From a virus, in the IMG/VR virus record IMGVR_UViG_3300027804_003215, positions 1 to 64,000 of that record: a stretch of 64,000 nt of DNA, one strand, 5' to 3'. The notes under the pieces are model-generated. The model worked only from the letters and a program-made list of their open reading frames with translations, was not told the origin of the DNA and did no database searches. Both the position numbers and the translations under genes were made by a program. This document shows positions 47,602 to 55,944 of the stretch, one piece after another. The stretch's first letter is position 1, and every line of letters begins with the position of its first letter.

Positions 47602-48000
47602 TTACTTAACTTCAACGTTTGTTCTTCCGTCGTTCCAATATTCTTCGCCACCATAATAAACAAAAATTTCTTCATCTTGTTCTATATCTCTCAAGGCAAA
47701 AAACTCAAAGGTGTCATTTTCGAGATTGGACCTCCAATTTGCATTGGGGGTATTACTATGGTTATAAAAACTTGAAAGTCCACAACCAACAACTTGTTTA
47801 TCCCAATCGGATGTTCCTTGAGGCCAATTGAAACGGTAATTCATTAAAATTGCACTAGTGGTTTTTTTGGGGATTTCTAAATCCAAATAAGGGGTTACCT
47901 CGAAAATTTCGTCTTTAAGAATTTTCTGAGAAGCGAAAACCCCTTTACCATGAATGGAACTATTGTCCAAGTATATTTTCGTTGACGGATATAAACGCAT
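47602..48000 (-). CDS. SET-domain protein-lysine methyltransferase; start revised to MRLYPSTK
   Basis: IHGKGVFA, SFYNHSNTPNA, ALRDIEQDEEIFVYYG..YW. Confidence 0.9.
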   Translation of the reverse strand: MRLYPSTKIYLDNSSIHGKGVFASQKILKDEIFEVTPYLDLEIPKKTTSAILMNYRFNWPQGTSDWDKQVVGCGLSSFYNHSNTPNANWRSNLENDTFEFFALRDIEQDEEIFVYYGGEEYWNDGRTNVEVK

Positions 48001-48043
48001 AGCTTTTGATTGAAATATAACAAACAGAAATATATTTATCAAT

Positions 48044-48559
48044 ATGGCAGAAAACTTAGTTCCTATAACTAGACTTGGTAAATTCTTTGGTGGCGAAGAT
48101 TATACTCTTGATATTGATATGGGTCAGGAATGGTTAATCGGTGATATGAACTTCACTGTTGTTTTGTACAGAATTGACAGATATAAAACCAAAACAGATG
48201 ATGTCTACGGTGAGGTGTTAGAAGACGGAATTCAATTCTTGGCACCTGTTGAGTTGAAAGGTTATGTTCAAGTTTTAGCTCCAACAAACAAATTCCTTGG
48301 AAATTCAAGAGTGGAACAACAAGAGCCCGGTAATATGAGGTTCAGTGTATATCAAAAAACATTAGATGATTTACAAGTTGAAATTTTCATGGGAGACTAT
48401 TTGGGTTATTATGAGAGTGAGGACAGGGTCAGATATTATGTTGTCTCGGATGACGGGTATGTTAAGTCGGACAATAAACACACTTATGGTGGATACAAAC
48501 CGTTCTACAGAACGGTTGTTGCTACTTATGTGAGTGAAAATGAATTCAGGGGTATATAA
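48044..48559 (+). CDS. Putative head-closure / neck protein (gp14-like)
   Basis: TDDVYGE, F..PVEL motifs; position before the tail terminator and sheath. Confidence 0.55.
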   Translation: MAENLVPITRLGKFFGGEDYTLDIDMGQEWLIGDMNFTVVLYRIDRYKTKTDDVYGEVLEDGIQFLAPVELKGYVQVLAPTNKFLGNSRVEQQEPGNMRFSVYQKTLDDLQVEIFMGDYLGYYESEDRVRYYVVSDDGYVKSDNKHTYGGYKPFYRTVVATYVSENEFRGI

Positions 48560-48972
48560 TGAAAATATTAATAAAAGAGTCTCAGTTCGACAATTTGTTT
48601 TTGGGTGCAAGAGTAATGGTATATTACAACTTACACAAACATACTTTTTCGGTAACATACTCAGGAAAGGTCATCATTCATGCTGATTATGTAAAACTTG
48701 ATGACGTTGAATTCAGAGTGAGAGAGGCTGGTAAATCTAAAGTTAGAGATGAAAAAAGAAAAAATGTTCATGCCTTTGTCATTGGTAATTTGATTGATTA
48801 TTGTGAGTTCCCTTGTGAAGATTTGGCCGAGCCTGAGGATGGTGTGGTAGTAACATATGACCCTTACAAGTATGATAGTTTCGTGATTAAAAAAACAGGG
48901 AAACCGGTCTATAACGCTAGTGAGGTTGAAATGGTCAATCTCAAAAATAAAATATATATAATTGAAGATTAA
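48559..48972 (+). CDS. Phage hypothetical protein with MKILIKESQ leader
   Basis: VYYNLHKHTFSV...EKRKNVHAFVIG...YDPYKYDSF pattern. Confidence 0.6.
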   Translation: MKILIKESQFDNLFLGARVMVYYNLHKHTFSVTYSGKVIIHADYVKLDDVEFRVREAGKSKVRDEKRKNVHAFVIGNLIDYCEFPCEDLAEPEDGVVVTYDPYKYDSFVIKKTGKPVYNASEVEMVNLKNKIYIIED

Positions 48973-48974
48973 AG

Positions 48975-50015
48975 ATGCCTTTACCTAAACAAGTCAAACC
49001 AACATTACCGTTAGTCCCAAAGAAAACTTTGAGTGCAAGAAGGGAGCAACTTTTGGAGTACATAAAAAAAGATGGTACTTATCTTCCGAAGTCTGTTCTT
49101 CATGCCGATTTGGATAAGGGTATGTTGGAGTTTTCAAAAAATGAGTTGAAAGTAGTAACCGCTGGTAAAATTGTCCCTTTCCTTGATATAATCATTACAA
49201 CTCAGAATTGGTCACAATATTTGGAAACATGGAAATTTGTTGATTTGGATTACAACCCTAGTCCTCCCTTTATAACTTTAGTCAGAAGCCCTGAGGTTAA
49301 GTATGGTTCGAACCCCGCAACAAAATATAACATACCAAATAGGAAACAGTTTTATTATGCTTCGGTACCAACTTGGGATGGAAACATGCAAGGAATGGAC
49401 ATATATACAATACCTCAACCTGTACCTGTGGATATCAATTATAGTTTGAAAATAATTTGTAACAGGATGAGGGAGCTCAACCAACTCAATAAAAATGTAA
49501 TGCAGACTTTTGCATCAAGACAAGCATATACTTTTATTAAGGGGCAATACGTTCCGATTATTTTGAACAATGTTGGTGACGAGTCTCAAATGAATATGGA
49601 CGCAAGAAAATATTATGTTCAATCTTATGATTTCACAATGCTAGGTTATTTGATTGATGAAGAAGAATTCGAAGTAAAACCGGCAATCCAAAGAGTTACT
49701 CAATTAGTTGAAGTTGATACTTCCGTACTTAAAAAGAAAAGAAAAATTTGGCCCGAGAACCCAAGTCAGTTCCCAACTCAATTTTTATTTTTATCGGGAG
49801 TAACTTCTCTCAGTGAAAAAATAGATTTCACTGCAAACATGTCAATTTTATCTACCGACAACATCTCATCTTACGATGTATACATTAATGGTAACTTTTA
49901 CGGGACTGACGTACCATTTATTCAAATAACATACAACGATGTACTCAACGTACAAGTAGAAAAAATTGACAACACCAAAGAAGCGATTATAAACTTTGAC
50001 AACAAATTAGTTTAA
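48975..50015 (+). CDS. Putative tail terminator / sheath-completion protein (gp15-like)
   Basis: PVPVDINYSLKI..RMRELNQLN motif; directly upstream of the sheath. Confidence 0.55.
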   Translation: MPLPKQVKPTLPLVPKKTLSARREQLLEYIKKDGTYLPKSVLHADLDKGMLEFSKNELKVVTAGKIVPFLDIIITTQNWSQYLETWKFVDLDYNPSPPFITLVRSPEVKYGSNPATKYNIPNRKQFYYASVPTWDGNMQGMDIYTIPQPVPVDINYSLKIICNRMRELNQLNKNVMQTFASRQAYTFIKGQYVPIILNNVGDESQMNMDARKYYVQSYDFTMLGYLIDEEEFEVKPAIQRVTQLVEVDTSVLKKKRKIWPENPSQFPTQFLFLSGVTSLSEKIDFTANMSILSTDNISSYDVYINGNFYGTDVPFIQITYNDVLNVQVEKIDNTKEAIINFDNKLV

Positions 50016-50173
50016 TCTTCCCCGTATATATCTTTTTTCTCTTGACACTTTTCGAGTATCAGATTTTCCAAAAATTTATAAATTTTAATTCCCCTCTTAT
50101 CACAATACTTTTTTAGGATTTCGTGTACTGCAGGGTCAATTTTTATGTTTTTGATTTCTTTCTTTGTCCTCAT
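50012..50173 (-). CDS. Small ribbon-helix-helix DNA-binding protein (53 aa), not in the ORF track
   Basis: MRTKKEIKNIKIDPAVHEILKKYCDKRGIKIYKFLENLILEKCQEKKDIYGED*: alternating strand KNIKI, helix, G turn, helix; has its own TATTTAT motif. Confidence 0.7.
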   Translation of the reverse strand: MRTKKEIKNIKIDPAVHEILKKYCDKRGIKIYKFLENLILEKCQEKKDIYGED

Positions 50174-50207
50174 GGTAGAAAAAAGGCAGAATTTATTCTC
50201 ACCGTTT

Positions 50208-50258
50208 ATAAATAGATAGTTAAAAGTAAAGTTTTTTCATTCGTATTAGAATATTTAT
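50208..50258. promoter_or_regulatory. Divergent TATTTAT motifs for the RHH gene and the tail sheath
   Basis: ataaata 50208-50214 and tatttat 50252-50258, each 34 nt from its ATG. Confidence 0.6.
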
Positions 50259-50292
50259 CAATAAAATAAATCTGACAGAATAATTTTTAATA

Positions 50293-53200
50293 ATGGCAAC
50301 AACAACTGTAAACCAAAAAGTTTATGTTTCACCTGGCGTCTATACTTCTGAGACCGACTTATCATTTGTGGCTCAAAGCGTTGGTGTAACAACATTAGGT
50401 TTGGTAGGAGAGACTATAAAAGGTCCTGCTTTCGAACCCGTTTTCATAACAAACTATGATGAGTTTCAAGCCTTCTTTGGAGGAACTGAACCAGTGAAGT
50501 TTGTAAATACACAAATTCCAAAGTACGAGGCTGCATATATTGCAAAATCTTACTTACAACAATCAAACCAACTTTTTGTAACGAGAGTGTTGGGATTGTC
50601 TGGTTACGACGCGGGTCCGTCTTGGAGCATTTCCTTGGTGGCAAATCCTGACCCAACAACAATTGATATTGACACAGGAGTTGCTGCAATCAATTTTACA
50701 AGTGCGTTCTCAGGAAACACTGGAGGAACAGTAAATTTCTCAAGTTTACCAGCGGTAATTGCAACAAACTTCAACAGTCTTTATACTTTGAATGATGGTA
50801 GTACTTCTACCTTCAATAACGATTTTACAGATGCATTATTATCTGTATTCTCTAATAACAGTTTATCAGGTAACACAGCATTTGCTTGGGGAGCAATTCC
50901 AAGTTCAACTTACTTCAACGTATTAGGTGCAGGATATACTGGTTTCACAAACGAGTTCAGTGTTGATAATGTAAACTTAGACAATAATGATTTGTCTGCG
51001 GGAGACAATGATGCATGGTACTACGCTAACTTTGATTTACAAACAGGTAATGATTATGGTGGATACTCATTTTATTGGGCAATCAATCAAATGATTAATC
51101 CAAGTGCTGGAATTTTCTCAGGAACTGTATCAGGAACAATTTTTACATATTCGGGAAGTGCATATAGTGAGTGGAATAACATGGTTGTTGCAACACTTCG
51201 TTCAAGAGGTATCTCTTTATTTACAAACAGTTCAACAAGTCAAAACCACGGACCAATTTATGAGGTGACTGGATTGACTGATGTTGATTTAGTTTGTAAC
51301 GGTCAATACACAGGGGTTACACAAAATCCTTTTTCTCTTTTTGGAATCTCAGGTGTTACTAAAGACGGTGATACTTTCCAATTTGAAACTTCATTACAAT
51401 CAACATCTTCTGAATTCATTACGAAAGTATTAGGTGTTGACAACTTTGGTAAACCAAGAAACGAGGTTCCTCTATTTGTTGAAGAAATTTATTCAGGTTC
51501 TTTAACATATGGTTATAATCTGAGTTATATTAGAGGATTAAATTGTAATTTGATTGCGTTACCAGGTGCTAGACCTGAAACAGGAACTCCTTCAAGTTCT
51601 TCTATTGCTTGGAAACTTCAAAAATATCAATCTCCAAAAACACCTTTCATTGTTTCTGAATTAAGAGGTAATAAGGTGTATGATTTGTTTAGATTTATAT
51701 CTATATCTGATGGAGATGCTGCAAACTCGGAGGTAAAAGTTTCTATTGCTAATATGTCATATAATAATATGACTTTCGATATTTTGATTAGAAATTTCTT
51801 TGACACAGATGCTAATCCTGTCGTAATTGAAAAGTTCACCAATTGTACAATGGACCCAGGTTCTAACAACTTCGTTGCTAAGAAAATTGGTTCTTCGGAT
51901 GGTGAGTTTGCATTAATCTCAAGATATGTGATGGTTGAAATGGCTGAAAACGCTCCAATCGACGCATTACCTTGTGGATTTAATGGTTACACTCAAAGAA
52001 TTTATGAAAGTACTACAAATCAAGGACCAAACATTGTTTACAAAACAAGATATTTTTATCCTCAAGAAACAATATGGAATCCTCCATTTGGAAATACATC
52101 AGGTGGACCTAATACTACTTTAGCACCTGGTGATGTTATAAGAAGAACATATTTAGGTTTTTCATCTTACTATGGTATTGATGATTCTTTCCTACAATAT
52201 TTGGGACAACAAAATCCTCAAATTGATTGGGCTGATACAACTGAATCTATTCCTTGGAACGGACTTACAAAAGGTTTCCATATGGACTCAGGTGCTACTG
52301 TAATTTCAATTGGAAATATCTACACAACTAGCGGTCAACCGGCATATGAGTGTGGTGTTGCTAATTTTACAGCTGACCCTGAAACTCAAGAAAACCCTTA
52401 CTACTTCATCTATTCAAGAAAATTCACAGTATGTTTTGCTGGTGGATTTGATGGATGGGACATTTATAGTGAACATAGAACAAATGAAGACAGGTTCCAA
52501 CTCGGAGCGTCAGGTTACTTAGCTGGGGCGGCACCTTCTGTAAGATATCCAAATGCAACAGGTCAAGGATTGTTCAAGAGAATTGTTGTAGAAAACAATA
52601 CTCAAGACTTCGCTAACACTGACTACTACGCTTATTTGTTGGGTATTTTGACATACCGTAACCCTGAATCAACTAACATTAACGTTTTCGCAACTGCAAG
52701 TATCGACTACGTAAATAACTCTAACTTGTGTGAAGAAGCAATCGACATGATACAGTTCCAAAGAGCTGACTCTGTTTATATTGTTACTACACCTGACTAC
52801 GATATGTATAGTCCTGATGGAAGTGACGCACTACAAATTATTTACCCTCAGGAGGCTGTAGATAATTTGGATAACACAGGAATTGACTCTAACTATACTT
52901 CAACTTACTATCCTTGGATTTTAACAAGGGATACTGTTAACAACACACAAATCTATCTACCAGCAACTGGTGAGGTTTGTAGAAACTTAGCTTTGACTGA
53001 CAACATTTCCTTCCCTTGGTTCGCAACAGCGGGTTACACAAGAGGTTTGGTAAATTCCATCAAAGCGAGAGTTAAGTTGACACAAGAAGATAGAGATACT
53101 CTTTATCAAGGTAGAATTAATCCTATCGCAACATTTGCTGATGTAGGAACCGTAATTTGGGGTAATAAAACACTACAAGTTGCAGATACCGCACTTAACA

Positions 53201-53508
53201 GATTAAACGTAAGAAGATTGTTGTTACAAGCTCGTAAATTAATTTCAGCGGTAGCGGTTAGATTGTTGTTCGAACAGAACGACCAAATCGTGAGACAACA
53301 GTTCTTGGATAGTGTGAACCCAATCCTCGATGGAATTAGAAGAGATAGAGGTCTTTACGATTTCCGTGTAACAGTTTCTTCTTCTCCTGAAGATTTGGAC
53401 AGAAACACATTAACAGGTAAAATTTACCTTAAACCAACGAAAGCTCTTGAGTTCATTGATATTGAATTCTTTATCACACCAACAGGAGCTTCGTTCGAAA
53501 ATATCTAA
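50293..53508 (+). CDS. Contractile tail sheath protein with large insertions
   Basis: VSPGVYTSETDLS, GPAFEP, PWFATAGYTRG, RDTLYQGRINPI, WGNKTLQ, RLNVRRLL, KPTKALEFI. Confidence 0.95.
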   Translation: MATTTVNQKVYVSPGVYTSETDLSFVAQSVGVTTLGLVGETIKGPAFEPVFITNYDEFQAFFGGTEPVKFVNTQIPKYEAAYIAKSYLQQSNQLFVTRVLGLSGYDAGPSWSISLVANPDPTTIDIDTGVAAINFTSAFSGNTGGTVNFSSLPAVIATNFNSLYTLNDGSTSTFNNDFTDALLSVFSNNSLSGNTAFAWGAIPSSTYFNVLGAGYTGFTNEFSVDNVNLDNNDLSAGDNDAWYYANFDLQTGNDYGGYSFYWAINQMINPSAGIFSGTVSGTIFTYSGSAYSEWNNMVVATLRSRGISLFTNSSTSQNHGPIYEVTGLTDVDLVCNGQYTGVTQNPFSLFGISGVTKDGDTFQFETSLQSTSSEFITKVLGVDNFGKPRNEVPLFVEEIYSGSLTYGYNLSYIRGLNCNLIALPGARPETGTPSSSSIAWKLQKYQSPKTPFIVSELRGNKVYDLFRFISISDGDAANSEVKVSIANMSYNNMTFDILIRNFFDTDANPVVIEKFTNCTMDPGSNNFVAKKIGSSDGEFALISRYVMVEMAENAPIDALPCGFNGYTQRIYESTTNQGPNIVYKTRYFYPQETIWNPPFGNTSGGPNTTLAPGDVIRRTYLGFSSYYGIDDSFLQYLGQQNPQIDWADTTESIPWNGLTKGFHMDSGATVISIGNIYTTSGQPAYECGVANFTADPETQENPYYFIYSRKFTVCFAGGFDGWDIYSEHRTNEDRFQLGASGYLAGAAPSVRYPNATGQGLFKRIVVENNTQDFANTDYYAYLLGILTYRNPESTNINVFATASIDYVNNSNLCEEAIDMIQFQRADSVYIVTTPDYDMYSPDGSDALQIIYPQEAVDNLDNTGIDSNYTSTYYPWILTRDTVNNTQIYLPATGEVCRNLALTDNISFPWFATAGYTRGLVNSIKARVKLTQEDRDTLYQGRINPIATFADVGTVIWGNKTLQVADTALNRLNVRRLLLQARKLISAVAVRLLFEQNDQIVRQQFLDSVNPILDGIRRDRGLYDFRVTVSSSPEDLDRNTLTGKIYLKPTKALEFIDIEFFITPTGASFENI

Positions 53509-53513
53509 TAAGG

Positions 53514-53541
53514 AAGGGGGGCTTAGCTCCCCCCTTTTTTT
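53514..53541 (+). terminator. Intrinsic terminator after the sheath
   Basis: aaggggggc-tta-gctcccccc-ttttttt. Confidence 0.8.
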
Positions 53542-53549
53542 AGCCTTTT

Positions 53550-54374
53550 ATGGAACCTATTATTAAAGAAGCTTTTATAGATGAAACAACCCCCGAACTC
53601 AAGTATTATGCTTTTGATTGGGATGATAATATTGTCCATATGCCGACCGAAATTATCTTATTAGATGAAGATGGTAATGAGGTAGGTATGAGTACAGAAG
53701 ATTTTGCGAAGTACAGGACGGACATAGGAAAAAAAGATATTAATTATAAAGGAAAAAAAATTACTGGTTTTGCGGAAAACGCTTTCAGAAATTTTAGAAC
53801 TGAGGGAGACAAGAAGTTTATAACAGATTCCCTCAAAGCAAAATTAGGACCCGCTTTTAAAGACTTCAGAGAAGCTATTAACAATGGGTCCATTTTCTCT
53901 ATCATCACAGCCAGAGGACACAACCCAAACGCAATTAAAGAATCGGTCTACAACTACATTTTAACTGGTTTCGGAGGTATAAATAAAGATGAACTTTTGA
54001 AAAATTTACGGAAGTACCGTTCTTTTGTTGGTGAAGAAGAGATGGATGATGATGAGTTAATTAAGACATACTTAGCGATGAACAAATATTTTCCTGTAAC
54101 TTTTGGGGACGAAAAAAATGCGATTAATCCTGAGGAGGCTAAAGTGATGGCGATGCAAGATTTTGTTGATTACATTAAAGGTATGGCTGCAGTTCTTAAC
54201 AAAAAGGCTTTTCTTAAAAAAGATATAGGAAATAAATTCATTCCTTCTAAACCAATTATTGGATTTTCTGATGATGATTTAAGAAACGTAGAAGTAATGA
54301 AAAAAGCTTTTAAAAATAAACCAGAGATAAAAACTTATTCTACTGCTGGAGGAAAGAAGAAAGAAGTAAAATAA
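53550..54374 (+). CDS. HAD-superfamily phosphatase-like protein
   Basis: FDWDDNI (DxD), IITARGH, K, FSDDDLRN (motif IV). Confidence 0.65.
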   Translation: MEPIIKEAFIDETTPELKYYAFDWDDNIVHMPTEIILLDEDGNEVGMSTEDFAKYRTDIGKKDINYKGKKITGFAENAFRNFRTEGDKKFITDSLKAKLGPAFKDFREAINNGSIFSIITARGHNPNAIKESVYNYILTGFGGINKDELLKNLRKYRSFVGEEEMDDDELIKTYLAMNKYFPVTFGDEKNAINPEEAKVMAMQDFVDYIKGMAAVLNKKAFLKKDIGNKFIPSKPIIGFSDDDLRNVEVMKKAFKNKPEIKTYSTAGGKKKEVK

Positions 54375-54465
54375 TATTTATCATTTCGTGAAAAAAGTAA
54401 ATAGAAATATTTTCTAACACCCTATATTTATAGGATATAAACAATAGAAACAAAATTATAATAAC

Positions 54466-54954
54466 ATGGCTGATTTACTGATGAAAATGCCAATACCTTA
54501 TGAACCGAAACGACAGAATCGATTCATTCTTAGATTTCCTTCTTCATTGGGTATAAATGAGTGGTTTGTTGAATCTGCAGCAAGACCATCTATTAAAATC
54601 GCATCTAAAGAAATTGAATTTTTGAATACGTCTACTTTCGTTGCGGGAAGATTTAATTGGGACCCAATTTCTGTTAAGTTCAGAGACCCAATTGGTCCTT
54701 CAGCTGCACAAGCACTTATGGAGTGGGTACGTTTACACGCCGAGTCCGTGACAGGTCGTATGGGATATGCTGCGGGTTACAAAAAAGACATCGACCTCGA
54801 GATGTTGGACCCAACAGGAGTTGTTGTAGAAAAATGGATTTTATACGGAACGTTTTTAACCTCTGTAAATTTTGGTTCATTGGCATACAACACCGACAAC
54901 TTAGCTGATATTCAAGCGGAACTTAGAATGGACAGATGTGTGTTAGTTTACTAA
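54466..54954 (+). CDS. Tail tube protein (T4 gp19-like)
   Basis: EPKRQNRF, RPSI, AGRFNWDPISVKFRDPI, YKKDIDLEMLDPTGVVVEKWILYG. Confidence 0.9.
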   Translation: MADLLMKMPIPYEPKRQNRFILRFPSSLGINEWFVESAARPSIKIASKEIEFLNTSTFVAGRFNWDPISVKFRDPIGPSAAQALMEWVRLHAESVTGRMGYAAGYKKDIDLEMLDPTGVVVEKWILYGTFLTSVNFGSLAYNTDNLADIQAELRMDRCVLVY

Positions 54955-54987
54955 TACTCTTTATAAAAAATCAATAGCATTTATATT

Positions 54988-55024
54988 TAACCGTAAAGAC
55001 ATAAACTTTACGGTTATTTTTTTT
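54988..55024 (+). terminator. Hairpin / terminator between tube and chaperone genes
   Basis: taaccgtaaag-acataaa-ctttacggtta-tttttttt: 11 bp perfect stem. Confidence 0.8.
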
Positions 55025-55026
55025 AT

Positions 55027-55773
55027 ATGGAAGATAAATCAAGAGAATTCGGTCAACAATTTTTAAGTTTACCCCACGACGTAGTCCCCCTTCCTTCAGG
55101 CGGAAGATTTTATAAAAACAAAAAGAAATCCCTCAAGGTTGGATATTTGACAGCCGCAGATGAGAATATATTATTGGGTGGTACAGATGATATCACAGGT
55201 TCTTTATTAAGAAACAAAATCTATGAACCTGATATGAGAATTGATGATTTACTCGAGGGAGACGTTGAGGCAATTTTGATTTTCTTGAGAAACACATCAT
55301 TTGGTCCCGAAATGCAACTAACTTTGATTGACCCTCAAACTAAAAAGAGTTTCGAGACAAATGTTAGATTGGATGAATTAGATATAAAACAACCGAAACA
55401 AGACCCTAACGAAGACGGAACATATAACACCACACTACCAAAGTCGGGAGTTAATGTCAAATTAAAAATTCTAACCTACGGAGAACAAACTGAACTTCAA
55501 AAAATTTTGGACTCATATCCACAGGGTAGAGTACCCCCTAAGGTAACACTTTTATTACAAAGACAAATATTGGAAATAGACGGTAACTCGGACAAGGGAG
55601 AAATTGCAAAATTTGTTGAACAACTCCCTATCTCAGATTCCAAATACATAAGAAATTTCTTGTTCGATAATGAACCAAGATTAGATTTAAGAAGAGTTGT
55701 AATTGCCCCATCAGGAGAAAAACTAACTGTGAACGTTAGTTTTGGGGTTGAATTTTTTCGCCCTTTCTTCTGA
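55027..55773 (+). CDS. Tail/baseplate-hub assembly chaperone (T4 gp26-like)
   Basis: LPSGGRFY, YLTAADENIL, LLEGDVEAILIFLR, LPKSG, DSKYIR, C-terminal GVEFF; lies between tube and tape measure. Confidence 0.75.
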   Translation: MEDKSREFGQQFLSLPHDVVPLPSGGRFYKNKKKSLKVGYLTAADENILLGGTDDITGSLLRNKIYEPDMRIDDLLEGDVEAILIFLRNTSFGPEMQLTLIDPQTKKSFETNVRLDELDIKQPKQDPNEDGTYNTTLPKSGVNVKLKILTYGEQTELQKILDSYPQGRVPPKVTLLLQRQILEIDGNSDKGEIAKFVEQLPISDSKYIRNFLFDNEPRLDLRRVVIAPSGEKLTVNVSFGVEFFRPFF

Positions 55774-55915
55774 TTATAGAAAGAACCAATTAGACGAGTT
55801 TTATTATTTAAGTACACTTCTGAAGGTAAGTTATTCAGACTTCCTCATAATGCCCATATTTGTACGGAAATATCTTTTGGACAAGTGGATAGAGATTAAT
55901 TCAACAGAAAAATAA
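55754..55915 (+). CDS. Overlapping +1-frame ORF (gp51/gpT-like chaperone extension), probably reached by frameshift
   Basis: FFALSSDYRKNQLDEFYYLSTLLKVSYSDFLIMPIFVRKYLLDKWIEINSTEK*; no upstream ATG; not in the ORF track. Confidence 0.7.
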   Translation, partial: FFALSSDYRKNQLDEFYYLSTLLKVSYSDFLIMPIFVRKYLLDKWIEINSTEK

Positions 55916-55944
55916 AAAAACTCTATTTATAGAAAAATACACAG

